From positions 1 through 56,772 of the forward strand of contig CAWURO010000019.1 in assembly GCA_963924815.1 (NCBI GenBank): a DNA stretch of 56,772 nt, in the 5' to 3' direction. The position numbers and the translations under genes were made by a program. The notes beneath the pieces were generated by a model. It saw only the letters and a program-made list of their open reading frames with translations, did no database searches and was not told the origin of the DNA. Each line of letters starts with the position of its first letter. Positions within the stretch are counted from its first letter, which is position 1. Shown piece by piece: positions 49,752-56,772 of this stretch. The stretch comes from an uncultured Bacteroidia bacterium (GTDB taxonomy: Bacteria > Bacteroidota > Bacteroidia > NS11-12g > UBA9320).

Positions 49752-49782
49752 AAAAAAAGGGCTGCTCAACGAGCAGCCCTTT
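49752..49782 (-). terminator. Intrinsic terminator
   Basis: AAAGGGCTGCTC-AAC-GAGCAGCCCTTT with an A7 run on the left (U-tail for the minus strand). Confidence 0.85.
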
Positions 49783-49803
49783 AGTTTGTAAATTTTAAAT
49801 AGA

Positions 49804-50010
49804 CTAGTGAGCTTCTTCAGCTGCAGGAGCCTCTTCAGTTACTTCGGCTGGTGCAGCTTCTTCAGCTGGTGCAGCTTCCTCAACAGCTTCTTCAGCTGGA
49901 GCTTCCATTGTTTCTTCAGTTGCAGCCTCATCTGTAGTTTCAGCAGCGTTGTTGCACGCTACGAATCCGAATACAGAAACGATAGCGAATAGAGCAATAA
50001 TTTTTTTCAT
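49804..50010 (-). CDS. Small acidic Ala/Glu/Pro-rich lipoprotein
   Basis: MKKIIALFAIVSVFGFVAC lipoprotein signal and EEAAPA repeats. Own TATATTTG box (50053-50060, minus strand) and own terminator. Confidence 0.8.
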   Translation of the reverse strand: MKKIIALFAIVSVFGFVACNNAAETTDEAATEETMEAPAEEAVEEAAPAEEAAPAEVTEEAPAAEEAH

Positions 50011-50086
50011 GTTACGCGTAATTTTAATTGTTAATTTATTTAAATAAGATTGCAAATATAGGAATTTGTGATAAACTACAAAATGG

Positions 50087-51391
50087 TTACTTTTTGCGGA
50101 AATAAATTCTTAAAGGAATTCCGGTAAACTTGTAGTGATCCCTGAATTTATTTTCTAAAAAGCGCTTATAGCTGTCAGGAATATATTGCGGTAAATTACA
50201 AAAAAATGCGAAAGAAGGACATGCTGTGGGCAGCTGAGTAATATATTTTATCTTCACATATTTTCCCTTTAATGCTGGTGGCGGTTGCCTTTCAATGATG
50301 GGTAAAAAGAATTCGTTTAGTTTAGATGTGGTTATTTTGGTGTTCATGTTTTCATAAACCTCCATAATAACATCTAGGGCTTTTAATACTCGTTGTTTGG
50401 TAAGTGCCGAGACAAAAAGCACGGGAACGTCAGTAAACGGAGCTATTTTATCTTTTATTAATGACTCGTAATCTTTAGCGGTGTTGGTGTCTTTTTCTAC
50501 CAAATCCCACTTGTTTACTATGATAACCACACCTTTTCCGTTTTTTTGAGCCAACCCAAAAAGGTTCATATCTTGAGCTTCAATGCCTCTGGTCGCATCA
50601 ACTACTATCGCAACTACATCTACGTTTTCTATAGCCCGAATACTTCGCATTACAGAATAAAATTCAATGTCTTCGCTTACTTTACTTTTTTTTCTAACTC
50701 CCGCAGTGTCCACCAGATATAAGTCGTGATTAAAAGCCTTATATCGCACAAAAAGAGTATCTCTTGTAGTGCCCGGAATATCTGTAACAATATTTCGTTC
50801 TTCTCCTAAAAGTGTATTACAAATGGTAGATTTGCCTGCGTTTGGACGTCCTACAAAGGCTATTTTGGGCACATTGTCTTCTGTGTCTACATCGCCATCT
50901 GGCAATAAAGGAACAAGGGCGTCTAATAATTCACCGGTTCCACTTCCCGAAAGAGATGACAGCGGGTAAAGGTTGTCTATCCCCATAGAGTAATAAGAGT
51001 TAGCCATAAACATACGCTCATCGTTGTCTGCTTTATTGGCGACAACAAGGTATGGTTTTTTGCTTTGACGCACAATTTTAGCAAAAGCGATATCGAGATC
51101 ACTAGGATCTAAAACGGCATCTACCATAAAAAGCAAAACGTCGGCTTCTGCAATAGCTAACATTACCTGTTCGCGGATGTGACTTTCAAAAATATCTTTA
51201 CTGTCTTTTACGTATCCGCCCGTATCTATTACGGTAAACTCTTTTCCTATCCATTCGCTCTTGCCATAATGACGATCGCGAGTTACGCCACTAACGTCAT
51301 CTACGATTGCTTTACGCTCACCAATAAGTCTGTTAAAAAGTGTTGATTTTCCAACGTTGGGTCTTCCCACTATCGCTACTATTCCTGCCAT
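50087..51391 (-). CDS. der: Ribosome biogenesis GTPase Der (EngA)
   Basis: Two G domains (GRPNVGKS and GRPNAGKS; DTGG and DTAG; NKAD and NKWD) and a C-terminal KH-like domain. Confidence 0.97.
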   Translation of the reverse strand: MAGIVAIVGRPNVGKSTLFNRLIGERKAIVDDVSGVTRDRHYGKSEWIGKEFTVIDTGGYVKDSKDIFESHIREQVMLAIAEADVLLFMVDAVLDPSDLDIAFAKIVRQSKKPYLVVANKADNDERMFMANSYYSMGIDNLYPLSSLSGSGTGELLDALVPLLPDGDVDTEDNVPKIAFVGRPNAGKSTICNTLLGEERNIVTDIPGTTRDTLFVRYKAFNHDLYLVDTAGVRKKSKVSEDIEFYSVMRSIRAIENVDVVAIVVDATRGIEAQDMNLFGLAQKNGKGVVIIVNKWDLVEKDTNTAKDYESLIKDKIAPFTDVPVLFVSALTKQRVLKALDVIMEVYENMNTKITTSKLNEFFLPIIERQPPPALKGKYVKIKYITQLPTACPSFAFFCNLPQYIPDSYKRFLENKFRDHYKFTGIPLRIYFRKK

Positions 51392-51499
51392 TTTCTAATG
51401 TTTTTTAATAATGCTATGTTTCTGCTATCCGCAGCCTTTTGTAAAATTTTTTGGAAGATCTTCAAGAGAAGCAGTGCCTATTACAAGGCGGCAAAGGTA
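51392..51499 (-). promoter_or_regulatory. der promoter and structured 5' leader (engA RNA motif-like candidate)
   Basis: TACCTTTG at 51499-51492, then about 95 nt containing GCCT/AGGC and CTGCT/AGCAG pairings and GGCTGCGGATAGCAG. Confidence 0.45.
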
Positions 51500-51510
51500 G
51501 TGCTAAAAAA

Positions 51511-52392
51511 TCACTTCTTTATATAACCAAAGTATTGCAGCTGTTGATCGTCAGTACGCCAATCTTTTTTAACCTTAATGGTTAGAGAAAGAAAAATTTT
51601 CTTTTTTATAAAGTCTTCAATGCGTTTTCGAGATGCTATTCCTAAGTTTTTAATCGCAGCACCACCTCTGCCTAACATTATACCTTTTTGAGAATCGCGC
51701 TCTACAAATATGGTTGCAAATATTTCGTCTAGTTTTTCTTTCTCGTTGTATTCTGTTACACTAACCTCAACGCTGTAAGGAATTTCCTTTTTAAATTGCG
51801 TTAAAATTTGCTCACGAATCATTTCGCTTACTAAAAACCGTACATTTTCATCGCTAATAGAGTCGGTATCATAAAAAGCGGGATGCTCGGGAGCTAGGTC
51901 TACAAGAGCATTAATAATTCCGCTCACGTTAAAGTTTTCTTTTGCGCTTACTGCAAATATTAACTCGGTGCCGAAGTATTCTTTTACCCTGTCTATATCG
52001 GCTTGTAGTTTTTCTTGATCTTGAACTAGATCCACCTTATTCATGGCAATGACCAATGGACAGGTAATCTTGTCCTTATAAGCTTCAAACTCTTCAATCT
52101 TCGGAAACTGACCGTCTAAAATAAGCAGTACCACATCTGCGTCGTCCAAAGATTCGTTTACAGCGCCCATCATGGCGTCCTGTAATCTGTAGGCTGATTC
52201 TTTAATAATACCAGGCGTATCAGAAAACACGAGTTGGTAGTCTTTATCGTTGAGTATTCCCTTAATACGGTGACGTGTAGTCTGTGCTTTTGGGTTGGTA
52301 ATCACTAGATCTTCACCCAGTACCGCATTTAGAAAAGTAGATTTTCCTGCGTTGGGTAAGCCCAGTATCGTAATAAATGCTGTTTTGAACAT
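51511..52392 (-). CDS. era: GTPase Era
   Basis: Motifs GLPNAGKST, QTTR, DTPG, NKVD, EIPYS and SQKGI. Start moved to MFKTAF at 52392. Confidence 0.96.
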   Translation of the reverse strand: MFKTAFITILGLPNAGKSTFLNAVLGEDLVITNPKAQTTRHRIKGILNDKDYQLVFSDTPGIIKESAYRLQDAMMGAVNESLDDADVVLLILDGQFPKIEEFEAYKDKITCPLVIAMNKVDLVQDQEKLQADIDRVKEYFGTELIFAVSAKENFNVSGIINALVDLAPEHPAFYDTDSISDENVRFLVSEMIREQILTQFKKEIPYSVEVSVTEYNEKEKLDEIFATIFVERDSQKGIMLGRGGAAIKNLGIASRKRIEDFIKKKIFLSLTIKVKKDWRTDDQQLQYFGYIKK

Positions 52393-52486
52393 TGCAGCAA
52401 AGGTAGGTTGGTCTAGTGTAAGTCTATAAAATAAATTATTGAGAAGGTTTACGCCTATAGTAAAAAATCGAACTACCTTCGGGGAT

Positions 52487-53452
52487 ATGAAATTTTTCAA
52501 TCAATTAAAATGTGTTTTACTTCTACCTCTTTTTATAATTATTTCTGGATGTGGCGAAAACGTTACCCCAGATCCCCAAAAGACTATTGAGGAAAGTGAC
52601 CTTACAGATAGAGATGAAGCGTTAAAGTTATATAATGAAGAATATTTAGAGTCTAGTTTGTCATTATCTGAATTAAGCTGGTCAGGAAATTTATCTAGTT
52701 GTGATGAGGGTACAATTTCTCAAACCGCTTATGACAAAACACTTCAAAGAATAAACTATTTTAGGACAATTTGTGGTTTGCCTAGCGTAACTTGGAATTC
52801 TTCTTGGCATCCAAACTGTCAAAAACTTGCATTAATGTTTGATGCTAATGATGAGTGGAGTCACAATCCGCCTTCTAGTTGGAGTTGTTATGATGCAGCC
52901 GCTGCAGATGTTGGAGACGATTGCAACGTTTCATATGGGACTTTTGGACCAGAGTCTATTAATGAGTGGATGAAAGAACTTGGTAGTTGGAATAGTAAGG
53001 TTATTCATAGAAGATGGATTCTGTTTTCTAGAGCAAAAGATTTTGGATACGGAACCACACCTGCGGGCTCTGCATTGCACTGTATTGCAAACACTAGTAG
53101 TCTTTTGCCCGCAAGCTCTCCTGGCTATGTTGCATATCCTCCCAAATTCATTCCACAGAGTTTAGTTTATGATAGATGGTCTTTTAGCGTTACAAATAGC
53201 GTGTCTTTTTATAGCGGGGTGGACTTTGATAATGCAGAAATTTCTATGAAGGATGCTAGCGGAAACGAAGTTGCTTTAACAATTATTGAAAGAACTGACA
53301 ATGGCTATGCCGACCAAACTATAGTTTGGGAACCTAGCGGAATTGAAATAGCCGCGAGTTCAGATGTTGTATATACTGTAAAGTTAGGTAACGTTTTGGT
53401 TAATGGAGAAACGAAAGACTACGAGTATGAGGTAACTATTTTTAAACCCTAA
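52487..53452 (+). CDS. CAP (SCP)-domain lipoprotein with C-terminal beta-sandwich
   Basis: Lipobox ISGC, RINYFR..CGL, SHNPP and HRRWIL. Start moved to MKFF at 52487. Confidence 0.75.
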   Translation: MKFFNQLKCVLLLPLFIIISGCGENVTPDPQKTIEESDLTDRDEALKLYNEEYLESSLSLSELSWSGNLSSCDEGTISQTAYDKTLQRINYFRTICGLPSVTWNSSWHPNCQKLALMFDANDEWSHNPPSSWSCYDAAAADVGDDCNVSYGTFGPESINEWMKELGSWNSKVIHRRWILFSRAKDFGYGTTPAGSALHCIANTSSLLPASSPGYVAYPPKFIPQSLVYDRWSFSVTNSVSFYSGVDFDNAEISMKDASGNEVALTIIERTDNGYADQTIVWEPSGIEIAASSDVVYTVKLGNVLVNGETKDYEYEVTIFKP

Positions 53453-56426
53453 CCAATTTGCCATAAGGCACTTTTACCATGTAATGAGCTTCTAACGTTA
53501 TGTGCCCGAAGTCTTCTGAAACCTTGCCGCGAAGTGTATAAATGCCGCCACCCCTGAAAGGATATTGTTGAGCAGACAAGGGAAAATGAACGCTGTCAAA
53601 AAAAACACCTTCACGATCCATAAATGTACCAAAAAACATTTCTTGTTCTATGCGTCCCTTGGTTTTGGTACGCTTGATGTGTACCAAGTAGCCCGTTATA
53701 GTAATGATGCGATGTAGCAATTTGGAAAAATCGCTAGCTACTGTTTTGTGGGTAAGCATATCGCCATCTATCAATTCAAACGGTGAGCAGAGCGGGAATC
53801 CCAAATATTCTATTTCGTCCATCGGGTCTTCGTAGGGTATGCCTACTAGTTCTGGAATAGCCACGTTTTTGGTTTGGTTATGAAAAGCAAATAGCTTGGG
53901 GTGAGAGAAGCTACTCTTGGTTTCAGACAACAGAAAATGGGCTTTCCACAGCAGCCAATGCTTGCTTTTATTGCTAAAACGAAAGGCGTTAACGCGAATG
54001 AGAATAATGACCTGCTCTAAACTAATGGTCACTCTATTTACAAAGTCGTCTAATTCTGTAAAGGCGCCGTTATTTATACGTTCTTTTAGAAACGCATTTA
54101 CCGTTTTAACCTCTAGTTGCGCTACGTGCTGAAACCCTAGTTTAATGATCTTGCCACAAATAGAGGTAATAAACAGGCTTCCATTCACACACGGAGCTTC
54201 TACGCTGGCCCCTTTTAGCCGTGCTTCTTGTATATATTGCTCCGTGCGATAAAACCCACCAAAATTGTTAATAGTAGCTACCATATACTCCAGCGGGTAG
54301 TAGGCTTTTAAAAAAAGACTTTGGTAACTTTCTACCGCATAGCTGGCTGAGTGCCCCTTGGCAAAAGCATAGCTGGCAAAACTCTCTATTTGCGTCCACA
54401 CTTCTTGGCTTAGTTTCGGTTTATACCCTTTGGCGGCGCAGTTGTCAAAAAAAAGCTTTTCAATTTCCTTAAACTCAGTTCTTTGTCTGAATTTAAAACT
54501 CATGCCGCGCCTTAGCACGTCAGATTCTTCTAGCGTGAGTCCAGCAAAATAATGCGCTACTTTAAGCACATCTTCTTGATACACCATTACTCCGTAGGTG
54601 TCGTGTAGTATTTTAGCAAGAACGGGGTGCGTGGCTTTTCGCGCTTCGGGGTCTCGGTGTCGTTTTATATATTCAGTCATCATGCCACTGTTGCTTACAC
54701 CGGGTCGTATGATAGAACTAGCCGCCACCAAACCCCGATAGTCATCCACTTCTAATTTTTTCATAAGCGCTCGCATGGCAGGACTTTCTACATAAAAACA
54801 GCCAATAGCGTCACCTCTACGGAGTAAGTCTTTTATTTTTTCATCTTGTTTAAAACGGTCGATGTCGTCTATATCAAAATCAGGGGCATCGGGTTGGTTT
54901 TGCTTAATCACTTGCAGGGTATCTTTTATTTTGCCCAAGCCTCGTTGAGCTAAAATATCGTATTTGTAGATGCCCGCGTCTTCGGCTATGTGCATATCAA
55001 AGTGAGCAGTAGGAAAACCCTTGGGAGGCATGCTCGTAGCTCCGTAATATTGGATGGGTTTTTCGGTAACTACTATGCCGCTGCTGTGCACACTCAGGTG
55101 ATTTGGAAACCCGTGTATGTAGTGGCTGTATAACAGACATAGGCGAGCAATATGGTCTAATTGATTTGGGTCTCGAACGCGTTGTATGTTTTTTATTTCG
55201 TCGGCAGGCAAGCCTAGCACTTTTCCTATTTCGCGGATTACAGATTTAGCCTGAAATGTAACAAAAGCACCCATTAAAGCGGTATTGGGATAGGTATCAA
55301 AAATATATTTGGTTACATCATTTCTGTCTCGCCAACTAAAATCAATATCAAAATCAGGAGGAGACTTACGGCTTGGGTTTATAAATCGTTCAAAGTAAAG
55401 GTCGAGTTCTATAGGGTCTACATTGGTAATTCGCAGCAAGTAAGCCACCAAGCTATTGGCCCCGCTGCCTCTGCCCACATAAAAATATCCTTTACTTCTG
55501 GCGTAGGTTACGATGCCGTGGTTTATTAAAAAATAGGGAACAAAGTCACATTGCTTAATCACTCGAAGTTCACGTTGTAGCCGTTCAGTTATTTCGGGAG
55601 TGATGTTTCCCTTGTAGCGGTACTTTAATCCTTCTTCTGCCAGATGGTGTAGCAGTTTTTCGTCTTGTTCTTGGGTTTGCGAATAGGTTTTTTTATTGGC
55701 AAGTTTCGACTTGTCGTTAAAGTCAAAATGTAGGTTACAACTTGCCAATAGTTTTTGGGTATTTTCTAGCAAGTATTCGTGACTAGCATACAGGTTTCGC
55801 AGTTCATTTTCGGTATAAAACTGATGGTGCATTTCGCCTTGTTCTTCCAAGGGCAATTTACTGAGCAGCATGTTTTTGTCAATAGCCCGCAATAGGCGAT
55901 GTGCGTTAAAATCTCTTTTATTGCGGAAGGTGACAGTATTTAAAGCGACGTATTTATCTTTTGCATAATCGACTACATTTTTTTGCAACCCAAACAGTTC
56001 TTTATGACTTACTCCTATATATTCGTTTGCTCTTAGTTTACGTTTTGGAGCGTTTTTAAACGGGTATATAATATAAGCGTTTCCAATAATAGGATCTCTA
56101 GTTTTACTTCTGTTGGCTAAAAGGTCTGATAGATAGATGTTGATGTTTTGAAAACCGATGTTGTCTGTGGCTATGGCAATAAAATCTTGCTGATTTTTGG
56201 TACGAAAATCCACGCCGAGTATAACGGGCCAACCCCGATTTTGGCACTCCATGGCATGATACAGACATCCGGAGGTGCTATTAATGTCGGTAAGAGCGAA
56301 TTTGATTTCTGTAGGAACACACTCCGAAGGCGTGTTCCTACATGACGAATTGGCCTCGCACAACAATTCCTTCGGCGACATCGTCCCGTATTTGAAAGAG
56401 TAGTAGGTGTGACAGTTTAGGTACAT
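53442..56426 (-). CDS. dnaE2: Second (error-prone type) DNA polymerase III alpha subunit
   Basis: PHP start HTYYS..TD, GRGSGA.SLVAY, PDFDID, KYDIL and YAFAKGHS. 994 aa, ends after the OB fold, and lies directly downstream of a dinB-like gene. Confidence 0.85.
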   Translation of the reverse strand: MYLNCHTYYSFKYGTMSPKELLCEANSSCRNTPSECVPTEIKFALTDINSTSGCLYHAMECQNRGWPVILGVDFRTKNQQDFIAIATDNIGFQNINIYLSDLLANRSKTRDPIIGNAYIIYPFKNAPKRKLRANEYIGVSHKELFGLQKNVVDYAKDKYVALNTVTFRNKRDFNAHRLLRAIDKNMLLSKLPLEEQGEMHHQFYTENELRNLYASHEYLLENTQKLLASCNLHFDFNDKSKLANKKTYSQTQEQDEKLLHHLAEEGLKYRYKGNITPEITERLQRELRVIKQCDFVPYFLINHGIVTYARSKGYFYVGRGSGANSLVAYLLRITNVDPIELDLYFERFINPSRKSPPDFDIDFSWRDRNDVTKYIFDTYPNTALMGAFVTFQAKSVIREIGKVLGLPADEIKNIQRVRDPNQLDHIARLCLLYSHYIHGFPNHLSVHSSGIVVTEKPIQYYGATSMPPKGFPTAHFDMHIAEDAGIYKYDILAQRGLGKIKDTLQVIKQNQPDAPDFDIDDIDRFKQDEKIKDLLRRGDAIGCFYVESPAMRALMKKLEVDDYRGLVAASSIIRPGVSNSGMMTEYIKRHRDPEARKATHPVLAKILHDTYGVMVYQEDVLKVAHYFAGLTLEESDVLRRGMSFKFRQRTEFKEIEKLFFDNCAAKGYKPKLSQEVWTQIESFASYAFAKGHSASYAVESYQSLFLKAYYPLEYMVATINNFGGFYRTEQYIQEARLKGASVEAPCVNGSLFITSICGKIIKLGFQHVAQLEVKTVNAFLKERINNGAFTELDDFVNRVTISLEQVIILIRVNAFRFSNKSKHWLLWKAHFLLSETKSSFSHPKLFAFHNQTKNVAIPELVGIPYEDPMDEIEYLGFPLCSPFELIDGDMLTHKTVASDFSKLLHRIITITGYLVHIKRTKTKGRIEQEMFFGTFMDREGVFFDSVHFPLSAQQYPFRGGGIYTLRGKVSEDFGHITLEAHYMVKVPYGKLVRV
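56310..56342. repeat. GTAG-type REP-like palindrome inside dnaE2
   Basis: TGTAGGAACAC-ACTCCGAAGGC-GTGTTCCTACA: 11 bp perfect arms, 33 bp total, equal to codons CRNTPSECVPT. Confidence 0.8.
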
Positions 56427-56480
56427 TTTACTTTTTTTGCTCGCTGGATGCGTCTGTAGGTTACTAGAGTTGACTAGACC

Positions 56481-56772
56481 TCATGCATTCCGATGAGCGG
56501 GAACCACATTGGGTTCTCCGCTAAAAGGATTTCCGCGGCCCAGTCCTTTTACTTCCATGGCCACGCTACGTCTTACGGCATTGGCACCATAGCGGCTTTT
56601 CATGGCGTCCATGGCTTGGTATAGGTTTATGATTTTGTCGTCGTCATTAAACAGGTCTATCTGGTGCCCGCCGCCAGCTAAGTCGCCCAGCCTAACACCC
56701 ACCAAACGGATGCGCACGCGGCGACTGTACAACGAGTCAAAGAGCTCTTTGGCATGAGCGATAAGTGAGTGG
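56481..56772 (-). CDS. dinB: DNA polymerase IV / Y-family polymerase, C-terminal part (truncated by the window edge)
   Basis: Open to the edge: HSLIAHAKELFDSLYSRRVRIRLVGVRL...QIDLF (clamp-binding-like)...LYQAMD..K.RYG. Confidence 0.85.
   Translation of the reverse strand, partial: HSLIAHAKELFDSLYSRRVRIRLVGVRLGDLAGGGHQIDLFNDDDKIINLYQAMDAMKSRYGANAVRRSVAMEVKGLGRGNPFSGEPNVVPAHRNA

Noticed and set aside
56427-56480. TGTAGG at 56455 and short CTAGA repeats as a second copy of the dnaE2 palindrome
   Set aside because: Only 6 bp match and there is no complementary arm.

Overview
A 56.8 kb, mostly housekeeping window from a Bacteroidota chromosome, as judged by TAnnTTTG promoters, T9SS cargo, PorP and DUF2851/DUF4270/DUF6029-type genes. 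It appears to contain the replication origin: two parS sites at 43887 and 44716 next to mnmG, and an AT-rich 384 bp gap at 48101-48484 with DnaA-box-like 9-mers, a DnaA-trio-like run and a local C>G to G>C switch. Core genes include carB, mnmA, purK/purE, class II nrdJ, pcrB-family GGGP synthase, cysS, sodA, pyrF, asd, aroF, panC, tRNA-fMet, xerD, ybeY, mnmG, pheS, der and era. A dinB-dnaE2 mutagenesis cassette sits at the right edge. I see no CRISPR array, prophage or intact transposase. The most unusual signals are small. (1) A 33 bp GTAG-type palindrome sits exactly in frame in dnaE2 and adds CRNTPSECVPT. (2) A ~195 nt nested-stem element between mnmA and a GT2 gene looks like an sRNA or MITE. 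(3) An inverted REP-like doublet lies upstream of carB. (4) The GGGP synthase probably starts at ATT. (5) One parS site doubles as the code for an Asp-box-like motif. (6) der has a structured leader. All family calls come from motif recognition by eye, not from database searches.
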